53,719 bases of DNA. Source: an uncultured Clostridia bacterium. GTDB lineage: Bacteria > Bacillota > Clostridia > Oscillospirales > UBA644. The DNA lies in contig CAMZEM010000003.1 of the NCBI GenBank assembly GCA_947305805.1, positions 1 through 53,719 on the forward strand, written 5' to 3'. The position numbers and the translations under genes were made by a program. The notes under the pieces were generated by a model, which saw nothing but the letters and a program-made list of their open reading frames with translations, had not been told where the DNA came from and made no database searches. Shown piece by piece: positions 1 to 11,420 of this stretch; the first letter of the stretch is position 1; each line of letters starts with the position of its first letter.

Positions 1-1
1 A

Positions 2-604
2 GCGACCGCCGAAGGCAGATTCGTCCGTCAGTCCGGCGGCAAAGGTCAGTACGGCGACTGTATCATCACCATCGAACCCAACGAAAAGGGCGCCGGTTTT
101 GAGTTTATAGACAACGTAAAGAACGGCGATATACCCAACGAATTCATCCCTGCCGTGGAAGAAGGCGTCAAGGGCGCCATGCTTTCGGGCGTGGTGGCGG
201 GTTACAACGTGGTGGACGTAAAAGTTACTTTGGAAGGCGGCTCGTATCACGAAGTCGACTCTTCCGAAATGGCGTTTAAGATTGCCGGCTCCATGGCGTT
301 TAAAGATGCTATGAAAAAGGCAAATCCCGTTATTATGGAACCGATAATGAAAGTTGTTGTAACAACTCCCGACGAATATCTCGGCGACGTTATCGGAGAT
401 CTTAACGCCCGCAGAGGACAGATTCAGAGTCTGGACGTTATAACGGGCGGACAGCAGGTTACGGCAAACGTACCTCTCGGCGAAATGTTCGGTTATGCCA
501 CCGATATGCGTTCCAAAACACAGGGACGCGGCTCCTACACTATGGAACCGAGCCATTATGCGGAAGTTCCAAAGAGCGTTCAGGAAGCAATAATGAAAAA
601 ATAA
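2..604 (+). CDS. fusA: Elongation factor G, C-terminal part (5' end outside window)
   Basis: Frame is open from base 2: [20 protein letters not shown]...[14 protein letters not shown]...[13 protein letters not shown] (domains IV-V); directly upstream of tuf. Confidence 0.97.
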   Translation, partial: ATAEGRFVRQSGGKGQYGDCIITIEPNEKGAGFEFIDNVKNGDIPNEFIPAVEEGVKGAMLSGVVAGYNVVDVKVTLEGGSYHEVDSSEMAFKIAGSMAFKDAMKKANPVIMEPIMKVVVTTPDEYLGDVIGDLNARRGQIQSLDVITGGQQVTANVPLGEMFGYATDMRSKTQGRGSYTMEPSHYAEVPKSVQEAIMKK

Positions 605-641
605 ATTAAAATAATCTTATCAAACAGGAGGAATCAATCTA

Positions 642-1844
<1,203 letters not shown>

Positions 1845-1862
1845 TCGGAAATTCTTTCAAAC

Positions 1863-1894
1863 AAAAAAGCAGGAGACTTACTCCTGCTTTTTTT
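1863..1894. terminator. Intrinsic terminator after tuf
   Basis: aaaaaagcaggag-actta-ctcctgctttttt perfect stem with T tail. Confidence 0.9.
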
Positions 1895-1899
1895 GCTAC

Positions 1900-1928
1900 T
1901 TGACAAAAAGCGGCAATCGGTATATAAT
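1900..1928 (+). promoter_or_regulatory. Sigma-A promoter of nadE
   Basis: TTGACA (1900-1905), 17 bp, TATAAT (1923-1928). Confidence 0.85.
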
Positions 1929-1968
1929 AATATATATTTTTATTTGTCCTCAACGAAAGGAATCATAT

Positions 1969-3525
1969 ATGAAAATCGTAACGTCCGTGTTTGTGGTATC
2001 CCTCGGCTATCCGAAAGAAAACGCAAAAAAGATGACGGAAATAATGGAACAGAACGAAGGGGATATTTATCTTTTCCCCGCATACTCATTAACGGGCTCT
2101 TCGGCAGGAGAACTCTATGAATTTCCGGAATTTAAAGAACAGACCGAAGCGGCGCTCGACAGTCTTTGCGAATTTTCCGAAAAAACGGGCAAAATAATCG
2201 TTACTTCCGTTCCGTATCACGAAAACGTGATTATAAAAGACGGAATTCTTGCGGGAAAGAGTCATTTTGAACTTGAAGGCAAGACTGTTGCGGTTTCCGA
2301 AAACGGAAACGAAAATTTTGACGTCCTTCTTCTGCCTACGATCATGCCGGGCTATCCCTGCATTCAAAACGACATTATCGAATACTGTATGCGCGCTTCC
2401 GCAGTAAAAAACTGCGTTGTTGCCGTTGCAAACGGCGGTTTCGGCGAGAGCTCCGCGGATAACGTATACAAGGGCTTTTGCGGTGTTTTCAATAAAGGCA
2501 TAACGGTATCTTTTACCTCGCAGGATGCGCCCGAAACGGTAGTTTCATCAGCCGACCACACAAAAGACACGGGACTTATCTATACAAGACAGAAAGTTGC
2601 CGATTACAAAATACCGTATTACGGCAAAAACGATAAAAAACGCTATCTCGAAGAGCTCTTTTCATTGCAGACGCAGGCGCTTTACATGCGGCTTGTAAAT
2701 ACGGGCATAAAAAAAACCGTTATAAACGTTTCGGGAGGACTTGACTCCACAATGGCTCTGCTTGTTGCCGAAAATACGTTTAAAATGCTCGGATATCCCG
2801 TTTCGGACATTACCGCGCTTACACTTCCGTGCTTTTCCACGTCGTCAAGAACGAATACAAACGCAAAAAAACTTATGGAGCTTCTCGGTGTTACCGCGAG
2901 AGAGATAAACATTAAAGAATCTGTTCTTCTGCACCTGAAAGAAATAGGTCACGACGGCGTAACCGACGACGTTACGTATGAAAATTCACAGGCAAGAGAA
3001 CGCGCGCAGATACTTTTTGACGTTGCAAATCAGCAAAACGCGCTTGCGCTCGGCACGGGGGATCTTTCGGAGGCGGCTCTCGGTTTTGCAACTTACGCCG
3101 GAGATACTCTCTGCCACTACAACGTAAACGCAACCGTTCCCAAAACCGTTATGCGCGACCTTGTAACTCAGATTGCGAAAAAACGCGGCGGCGAGCTTGA
3201 AAAAACGCTTCTCGACATTGTTGACACGCCCGTTTCTCCCGAACTTAAAGACGGACAGAAAACCGAAGACATCCTCGGTCCGTACATACTGCACGATTTT
3301 ATTATCTACTACTTTGCAAAACATAAATTCCCCCGCCCGGAAATACAGAAATATATGTTTGCAACTTTTGACGAATACGACGACGATACCATAAACGCCG
3401 CGCTCGACACTTTCTATTCAAGATATTACAAAAACCAGTTCAAACGCTCTTCCGCATGCGAAGGCGCAAACCTTATCGGATTTACTCTTCCGTATATGCC
3501 CGCGGATATGAAACCGCTGGGATAA
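1969..3525 (+). CDS. nadE: NAD+ synthetase with a shortened, degenerate N-terminal glutaminase domain
   Basis: SGGLDS, ENSQARER and GTGDLSE synthetase motifs. Start set at ATG 1969 after RBS AAAGGA; the 1336 start in the ORF track overlaps tuf. Confidence 0.92.
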   Translation: MKIVTSVFVVSLGYPKENAKKMTEIMEQNEGDIYLFPAYSLTGSSAGELYEFPEFKEQTEAALDSLCEFSEKTGKIIVTSVPYHENVIIKDGILAGKSHFELEGKTVAVSENGNENFDVLLLPTIMPGYPCIQNDIIEYCMRASAVKNCVVAVANGGFGESSADNVYKGFCGVFNKGITVSFTSQDAPETVVSSADHTKDTGLIYTRQKVADYKIPYYGKNDKKRYLEELFSLQTQALYMRLVNTGIKKTVINVSGGLDSTMALLVAENTFKMLGYPVSDITALTLPCFSTSSRTNTNAKKLMELLGVTAREINIKESVLLHLKEIGHDGVTDDVTYENSQARERAQILFDVANQQNALALGTGDLSEAALGFATYAGDTLCHYNVNATVPKTVMRDLVTQIAKKRGGELEKTLLDIVDTPVSPELKDGQKTEDILGPYILHDFIIYYFAKHKFPRPEIQKYMFATFDEYDDDTINAALDTFYSRYYKNQFKRSSACEGANLIGFTLPYMPADMKPLG

Positions 3526-3540
3526 AAATAATAAACCGAA

Positions 3541-3580
3541 AAAAATCTCCCTTGCGAAAAACCGCAGGGGAGATATTTTT
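3541..3580. terminator. Bidirectional terminator between convergent nadE and GDPD
   Basis: atctcccttgcg / cgcaggggagat stem flanked by A and T runs. Confidence 0.85.
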
Positions 3581-3619
3581 AATTTCAAACTATGCGCGGT
3601 ACGCGCAATTAATTCCGGG

Positions 3620-4450
3620 TTACTTTCTGTATCTTCTTCCTGTTTTTTCGAGGAAGAGGCGGAGAGCGAGGGTCCAGTCGGTCTGAATAATATCAAAATT
3701 TCTGTCCGCAAGCCAGCCCCAGCCCTTTTCGGGGTCGTATGCGATTGCGGTATCATCGGAATGGCGCGCGGAAAGCTGAGCGTGCCAGTCGTAAATAATC
3801 GAGTTTACCCATACGAGTTTTCCGTCGGCATGCATTTTTTCGATGAATTCCTCACTGCAAAGCTCGCTTTGTTCGTCCGAAAAAAGCACCTCCGCGCCGA
3901 TATAGTTGATTTTGCGTTTTTTCAGCTCTTCGTGGGTGCCGTCATTTTTCGAAATAAGCGCAAGATACGCGATATCCGGAGCATACTGCTCTATGATATC
4001 GAGCATTTCTTTTGAAGGACCTGTTTTTACTACTATCTGATCCTTCATATCGTGTTTTCTTATAAGTTCGGAGATTTTCTGAGGATGGTCCCAGAATTTA
4101 TCAACGTTTATAAAGCATTTGTTTTTATAGCGTTCAAAAATCTCGTCGAGAGTGCAAAGTCCCCACTCCGTATGCGCGCGGTCGTAGTTTACGTAGCGCA
4201 GCTGCCTTATTTCGTCGTCGTGCATTTCGGGGATACGGCAGTTTTTGCCGAGATGCGCACCTTCCATGCAGGGGTGGAAGCTGAAAAGCGTGCCGTCCGC
4301 GCTCATGCTCGCGTCAATTTCTATCATATCCGCGCCGTGAGCAACGGCGGCATCGTATGCCGCAATCGTGTTGCAGGGAATATTACCGCCGCTTACTCCG
4401 CGGTGTGCGGTGATTATTATTCTCTCCTGAGCCGCCTGATATAAATCCAT
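3620..4450 (-). CDS. Glycerophosphodiester phosphodiesterase family protein
   Basis: HRG...NT...GADMIEID...H pattern and DIIQTD; start at ATG 4450 after RBS AAAGGTGA. Confidence 0.85.
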   Translation of the reverse strand: MDLYQAAQERIIITAHRGVSGGNIPCNTIAAYDAAVAHGADMIEIDASMSADGTLFSFHPCMEGAHLGKNCRIPEMHDDEIRQLRYVNYDRAHTEWGLCTLDEIFERYKNKCFINVDKFWDHPQKISELIRKHDMKDQIVVKTGPSKEMLDIIEQYAPDIAYLALISKNDGTHEELKKRKINYIGAEVLFSDEQSELCSEEFIEKMHADGKLVWVNSIIYDWHAQLSARHSDDTAIAYDPEKGWGWLADRNFDIIQTDWTLALRLFLEKTGRRYRK

Positions 4451-4469
4451 AGCCACATTGTCACCTTTC

Positions 4470-4500
4470 TGAAAACAGACCGACATAAAGCCGGTCTGTC
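4470..4500 (-). terminator. Possible terminator after the EF-G paralogue
   Basis: Minus strand gacagaccgg-ctttatg-tcggtctgtt followed by a short T run. Confidence 0.55.
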
Positions 4501-4509
4501 TGATTTTTA

Positions 4510-6531
4510 TTATTCTTCTTCTGCGTCTTTCTTTGCGTCTTCTATAATCTGCTGAGCAACGTTATCGGGTGCGATCTGATAGGAATCAAATTCAAGATCA
4601 AACGAGCCGCGGCCTCTTGTCATCGAACGAAGGTCCGTAGCGTAAGACGCCATTTCGGACATCGGAACGGTAGCCTGAACTTCCTGCATTCCTCTTTCCT
4701 CTGACGGTGTCATACCGATGATTGCGCCTCTGCGTTTGCTTATATCACCCATGATATCGCCCATGAGGCTGTCGGGAATTAATACTTTGAGCTTTCCGAT
4801 CGGTTCAAGGATAGTCGGCTGAGCCTGTTTAAGACCTTCCTTGTATGCGATGGAAGCGGCCATTTTAAAGGACATTTCCGAAGAGTCAACGGGGTGGTAG
4901 GAACCGTCAACGAGGGTTGCTTTAAGTCCTACAACGGGATATCCCGCAAGAACGCCCTTGTTTGCGCATTCACGGAGACCTTTTTCAACTGCCGGGAAGA
5001 AGTTTCTCGGAACAGCGCCGCCGAATACGTTTTCTTCGAAAAGAAGTTCGTCGCCGTCATACGGTTCAAATTCTATCCAGACGTCGCCGTACTGTCCGTG
5101 TCCGCCGGACTGTTTCTTATGTTTACCCTGAACTCTTACTTTCTTGCGGATTGCCTCTCTGTAGGGAACTCTGGGTTCTTTAAGATCAACGCCTACGTTG
5201 AATTTGGATTTAAGTTTGCTTACGATAACATCGAGGTGAGTATCGCCCATACCGCTTATAACCTGTTCGTGGGTTTCGGCATTGTTAACGTATGAGAACG
5301 TGGGATCTTCCTCTGCGAGTCTCTGAAGACCGAGGGAGATTTTTTCTTCGTCGCCCTTTGCCTTGGGAAGAATTGCTCTTGAGAAGCAGGGCTTCGGATA
5401 TTCTATGGGTTTAACTTCCACGTTTGCGCCTGCGGTGCAAAGAACGTCTCCCGTACCGGTTGAAACGAGTTTGTTTACAACGCCTATATCGCCGCAGCAA
5501 AGACCGTCAACTTCGGTCTGAGTTTTGCCTTTGATTGTAAAGATACGGCCGAGTTTTTCGTTTGAGCCCGAGCGCGGATTGGAAAGAGTGATACCTGCGC
5601 TGATGTTGCCCGAGAGAACTTTGAAGAAAGACATTTTTCCGACGAACGGGTCGGCAATTGTCTTAAATACGAAAAGCGCGGGATCGGCGGAGGAATCATC
5701 CTTGGGAGCGGGAACGTAATGAGCGATAAAGTCGAGAAGCGAGGGGATGCCTTCGAACGTTACGGAAGAACCGCAGAGAACGGGAACGAGTGTTTCGCCT
5801 TTAAGTCCGAGTTCAACACCTTTTCTGATTTCGTCCTTGGTGAATTCTTCGCCTTCGAAGAATTTCTCCATCAGTTCGTCGTCGGTAGCGGCGATTGCTT
5901 CGTTAAGAACGTCTTTAAGTTTGGATATTTCCGCCTGAGCATCGCCGGGAACGGGAGCGTCAACGAGCTTGCCGCCTTCGGACTTGCGGCATACTTCGTC
6001 GATAAGGTTGTAATAACCTGCCGCCTTGCCGTTGCTGACAAGAGGAATATTAACGGCGCAAAGACCTGTGCCGAATTTTTCCTGAAGCTCTTCGAAAACT
6101 CTGTCGAAGTTTGCGTTTTCTTCGTCAGCCTTTGTTATAAAGAACATTACGGGAACGCCTTTTGCCTTTGCAAGCTTAAAAGCTTTCTCTGTTCCTACAT
6201 TAACGCCGTCTTTTGCGGAAACAACGATAAGAGCTGTTTCAACCGCGCTGAGTGCCTGACGTACTTCGCCTTCAAAATCGAAATAGCCCGGGGTGTCGAG
6301 AATATTGATTTTTGTGTTTTTCCATTCAACGGGCGCAACTGCGGTAGAAATAGATATCTTTCTCTTGATTTCTTCCGGGTCGAAGTCGCAGACGGTGTTT
6401 CCGTCGGCAGTCTTTCCGAGACGGTCGGTACCTTTCGTGAAGAAAAGCAGGGCTTCGGCAAGCGAAGTCTTTCCGTCTCCGCCGTGACCCATAAGACAAA
6501 TATTTCTGATCTGAGATGCGGTATATTGCAT
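4510..6531 (-). CDS. Elongation factor G-like protein (EF-G2 type paralogue)
   Basis: GHGGDGKT, RKISI, DTPGYFDF, HKKQSGGHGQY and SYHPVDSS; 673 aa; RBS AAAGGAG. Confidence 0.92.
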   Translation of the reverse strand: MQYTASQIRNICLMGHGGDGKTSLAEALLFFTKGTDRLGKTADGNTVCDFDPEEIKRKISISTAVAPVEWKNTKINILDTPGYFDFEGEVRQALSAVETALIVVSAKDGVNVGTEKAFKLAKAKGVPVMFFITKADEENANFDRVFEELQEKFGTGLCAVNIPLVSNGKAAGYYNLIDEVCRKSEGGKLVDAPVPGDAQAEISKLKDVLNEAIAATDDELMEKFFEGEEFTKDEIRKGVELGLKGETLVPVLCGSSVTFEGIPSLLDFIAHYVPAPKDDSSADPALFVFKTIADPFVGKMSFFKVLSGNISAGITLSNPRSGSNEKLGRIFTIKGKTQTEVDGLCCGDIGVVNKLVSTGTGDVLCTAGANVEVKPIEYPKPCFSRAILPKAKGDEEKISLGLQRLAEEDPTFSYVNNAETHEQVISGMGDTHLDVIVSKLKSKFNVGVDLKEPRVPYREAIRKKVRVQGKHKKQSGGHGQYGDVWIEFEPYDGDELLFEENVFGGAVPRNFFPAVEKGLRECANKGVLAGYPVVGLKATLVDGSYHPVDSSEMSFKMAASIAYKEGLKQAQPTILEPIGKLKVLIPDSLMGDIMGDISKRRGAIIGMTPSEERGMQEVQATVPMSEMASYATDLRSMTRGRGSFDLEFDSYQIAPDNVAQQIIEDAKKDAEEE

Positions 6532-6607
6532 TTTATCTATATCTCCTTTCGCCCGAGTTTTCCCGAGCTTATAATTTTCATTTATTGCGGCAGAATGCTA
6601 CTTTATA

Positions 6608-6636
6608 ATTATATACCAAATTGAATTAAAAAGCAA
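6608..6636 (-). promoter_or_regulatory. Sigma-A promoter of the EF-G paralogue
   Basis: Minus strand TTGCTT, 17 bp, TATAAT. Confidence 0.65.
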
Positions 6637-6689
6637 TACTAAAAATACAAAAAAATCCGATTTTCGTTAATTTTTTTTGAACTTATGCA

Positions 6690-9314
6690 TTATTCGGGCA
6701 AAATTCCCCGCATATTTCCGTCGTCGGCATAACTTGCTTCTCCGTCAACGTAGCGTCTGATATATTTTATATTCATTCCGTCGAAAGCGGTTGTAAGATT
6801 GTTTGTAATATTGCCGAGCAGGAACGCTCCGCCCGAGGAGGCCTCAACGTGATACGTGCAGTTATTGTCAAGAAGCATTGATCCGATTACGGAAATATAC
6901 GCTCCGTCTGTAAGTATTGCGCTTCTTCCGAGACTGTTGAAAACCGAGGACTGCACGGATACCGTGCCGCTTCTTACAAAAATACCGTCCGTAACCTCGC
7001 CCGAACCCAGAAGATTGTAAACGTTTACCTTGCCTCTGTTGCCGTAAAACGTGGTGATATGGTATGCGTTTGTAGAAAAAATCTTCGGGCGCGACACAAC
7101 GTTTATAAGCGATGCATACGGATATTTGCTTATCGCTGCGGTTGCGTAAACATCTCTTGAAAATACGTTAAGAGCGCAAAAAACGGGGTCGAGAGGGACT
7201 ATTGGAACTTCGGGAGCTTCGATATTAAGCACATAGTCCGCGGTTTTTGCCGAAACGTTGCGGAAAACGGTGCTTTCTCCTCCGATAATATGTATGCCCG
7301 AATAGTGCGACTGCAAATACGTTATCAGTTCGTCCGAGGTTGCAAATTCATCCGAAAAAGAGATGTTTTCGGCGTATACGTCGGCGCAGGAGTCAAGTTT
7401 CACGCCGTTTACCATCGTTGTGCCTCTGATTTTTTCCAGTATCACGGAAGTGCATTCCGTTAAAGAAATTCCGTAAGCGGGTCTTACGATGCAGACGTCG
7501 CGGATCATTACGTTTTTTCTGTTTGCCGCATATACCGCAACGCCCGCAGGCGCTTCCTCGGCGGACAAATCAGGCATGCGGTAATAATAAAACGTTACGC
7601 CGCAGATTTCCGTTGAATCTTCAAGCGTAAAATATGCCGACGCATCTCCGGCGTTTTTCTCTGTGATAAATACGGTTGAGATTATCGGGTCTGTGCCCGC
7701 GCCGGCGCCCATTACGCGAACGCCTTCCTTAACGGTAACCTCGTTGCTGAGTCTGTACTGACCCGCAGGGATGAAAACCGTGCCTCCGCCGTTCATATAC
7801 GCGTAGTTTATTGCGGACTGTACGGCGTTGTAGTTATCCGCATTCGATTCCGAAAGTCCGTAATCTTTTGCGTAAAAAATCCTGTCCTTTATTTCGGGGG
7901 CAACCGCAAAAGAGCCGACATATTTTTTCTCGATAACGTCAAAATCGTATTCGTTTTCGGTGGAAATAACGAAAAGCGCGCTTTCCTCTTCCGATTCACC
8001 CGAAGCAAGAGAACACGAGGCGAGCATGCCGACCGATTTTTCGGAAAGCGAAACGGGTTCTTTACCCGCATTGAACGAAGTGTTCGCAGCGGTGAATATT
8101 ATATCCGAAACGCTGAGCGCGGCGTTGCGCCATCCTACAAACTTGCAGTTAACAAACGAAAGTCTTCCGCGTCCTTCACTTTTTACCGAATAAGACGGCT
8201 GTCCGGGGAACGTGCAGGTGTTAAACGTTATAGCCGAGTCGAAAGCGCTGCTGATTTTTACGGCAGAAGAATTGAGAAGATTGGACGTGCCAAACGTACA
8301 GAGAGCAAAAGCCGCTCCGCAGCCCGGAATATTGGCTATAGATACGGGCGTAAAAGTATTTGAAACGTTAAGCAGCGATATCAGAGGCGATTTGTCGCTT
8401 TCGCCCGTAATATCAATATGAAGTCCGACGTGAGCCGTATCGATGCTGATATCCGTAAGCGACATATCGCACGGACATTGCAGCATTATTGCGGTAAGCT
8501 TTTCGTATATTGCGTTATTAAGCGCGGAAATATCGAAATTTTCGGGCTTTACGGTCATTTCGTCGTTTATCCAGTAAACAGGTGATACCGAAAGACCGCT
8601 TACCGTAAGCTTTTGAGAACAGTTCAGCACTCTCAGCGCATTGTTGAAAGAGGTAATGTATACGTTTTCAACCAGAAAAGTTTCACAGTCGGACGAATCC
8701 GCGGTAATTCCGTTGTATGCGTTTAAAATCGCAATGTTGGTAACTGCTGCGCTTTTGCCCGAAGCGTGGCGGATAGTATATGCGTATTTGCTCAGATCCT
8801 CAAAAGACTGCTCTTCGTACCACACGGTAAGATCCGAAACGGAAGAATTGTCGTGAAGAATAAAAAGCGAGGCGTCGCGAAGCATATCAGAGCCTTCAAC
8901 AACTATTACCGTCCCCTCCGAAACGCCCTTTTTGGACGTGGGAGAAACGAAATCGCCTATAAGCGATACGTTGTCCGGTATATTCAGCGGACGCGAGACT
9001 CTGTATTTGCCTTTGGCAATATATACTTTGCCTCCGCCTGCCGCAGCGGCCTTGTCAAGAGCCGCCTGAATGGCAAAAGAGTCGTCGTATACGCCGTCGG
9101 CAGCGGCTCCGGAAAGAGAAACAAAGTAGTTTACCGCATTGTATTCGGACTCTCTGTATAGGCTTTTTACCGCAGACCATTCGCCGTTTACAAACGTCTT
9201 CGGCTCTTCTGCGGGCCTTTCCGGGGTTTGCGGTTTATTGTCGTTCCGGCGGTACGGTGCGCACGCCGAAAGAAGTAAAAGAAACGCAAGTGCAACTAAA
9301 ACGAACTTTTTCAT
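6690..9314 (-). CDS. Lipoprotein with two pectin-lyase-like beta-helix modules (putative glycan-acting enzyme)
   Basis: Signal peptide with lipobox LSAC; two Pectate_lyase_3-type caps (DGVYDDSFAIQAALDKAAAAGGGKVYIAKGKY and DNYNAVQSAINYAYMNGGGTVFIPAGQY). Confidence 0.75.
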   Translation of the reverse strand: MKKFVLVALAFLLLLSACAPYRRNDNKPQTPERPAEEPKTFVNGEWSAVKSLYRESEYNAVNYFVSLSGAAADGVYDDSFAIQAALDKAAAAGGGKVYIAKGKYRVSRPLNIPDNVSLIGDFVSPTSKKGVSEGTVIVVEGSDMLRDASLFILHDNSSVSDLTVWYEEQSFEDLSKYAYTIRHASGKSAAVTNIAILNAYNGITADSSDCETFLVENVYITSFNNALRVLNCSQKLTVSGLSVSPVYWINDEMTVKPENFDISALNNAIYEKLTAIMLQCPCDMSLTDISIDTAHVGLHIDITGESDKSPLISLLNVSNTFTPVSIANIPGCGAAFALCTFGTSNLLNSSAVKISSAFDSAITFNTCTFPGQPSYSVKSEGRGRLSFVNCKFVGWRNAALSVSDIIFTAANTSFNAGKEPVSLSEKSVGMLASCSLASGESEEESALFVISTENEYDFDVIEKKYVGSFAVAPEIKDRIFYAKDYGLSESNADNYNAVQSAINYAYMNGGGTVFIPAGQYRLSNEVTVKEGVRVMGAGAGTDPIISTVFITEKNAGDASAYFTLEDSTEICGVTFYYYRMPDLSAEEAPAGVAVYAANRKNVMIRDVCIVRPAYGISLTECTSVILEKIRGTTMVNGVKLDSCADVYAENISFSDEFATSDELITYLQSHYSGIHIIGGESTVFRNVSAKTADYVLNIEAPEVPIVPLDPVFCALNVFSRDVYATAAISKYPYASLINVVSRPKIFSTNAYHITTFYGNRGKVNVYNLLGSGEVTDGIFVRSGTVSVQSSVFNSLGRSAILTDGAYISVIGSMLLDNNCTYHVEASSGGAFLLGNITNNLTTAFDGMNIKYIRRYVDGEASYADDGNMRGILPE

Positions 9315-9323
9315 AACGTTTAA

Positions 9324-10942
<1,619 letters not shown>

Positions 10943-10962
10943 ATATTACACCTCTTCCTGAA

Positions 10963-11274
10963 TTATTTAACAACGGCTGTTACCGTGATCTTTGTGTAGG
11001 GCTGTCTGTGGCCGCCTCTTCTGCGGTAACCCTTCTTGGATTTGTACTTGAAGATCCTTATCTTCGTTCCTTTTCCGTTCTTTTCTGCTTTAGCTTCTAC
11101 TTTTGCGCCTTTAACGAAAGGATCGCCAACGGTAACATTTCCGTCGTCACCGATGAGAAGAACTTCATCGAAAGTAACGGCAGAACCTGCCTCAACGTCA
11201 AGCTTTTCGATAAAAAGAACGTCGCCTTCGGACGCCTTATACTGCTTGCCGCCGGTTGTGAATACTGCGTACAT
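10963..11274 (-). CDS. rplU: 50S ribosomal protein L21
   Basis: MYAVFTTGGKQYK...GHRQPYT. Confidence 0.99.
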   Translation of the reverse strand: MYAVFTTGGKQYKASEGDVLFIEKLDVEAGSAVTFDEVLLIGDDGNVTVGDPFVKGAKVEAKAEKNGKGTKIRIFKYKSKKGYRRRGGHRQPYTKITVTAVVK

Positions 11275-11289
11275 TTTTATACCTCTTTT

Positions 11290-11348
11290 ATAAGTCTCGC
11301 TATCAAGGCAACGGTCGAACCGTTTTAGGGGGCCTTTTTTATGCGGCT
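11290..11348 (-). ncRNA. Possible L21-leader-like cis-regulatory RNA
   Basis: About 70-nt leader between promoter and RBS with hairpin aacgg-ttcga-ccgtt and GCGAGAC just before the RBS. Position matches the L21 leader; not tested against a covariance model. Confidence 0.4.
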
Positions 11349-11352
11349 ATTC

Positions 11353-11381
11353 AATATACCACAAAACACTTATAATGTCAA
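11353..11381 (-). promoter_or_regulatory. Sigma-A promoter of rplU-rpmA
   Basis: Minus strand TTGACA, 17 bp, TATATT with extended TG. Confidence 0.8.
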
Positions 11382-11420
11382 CAAAAAAAGTGAATTGTTC
11401 AATAAAAGTTCAAATCCGTT

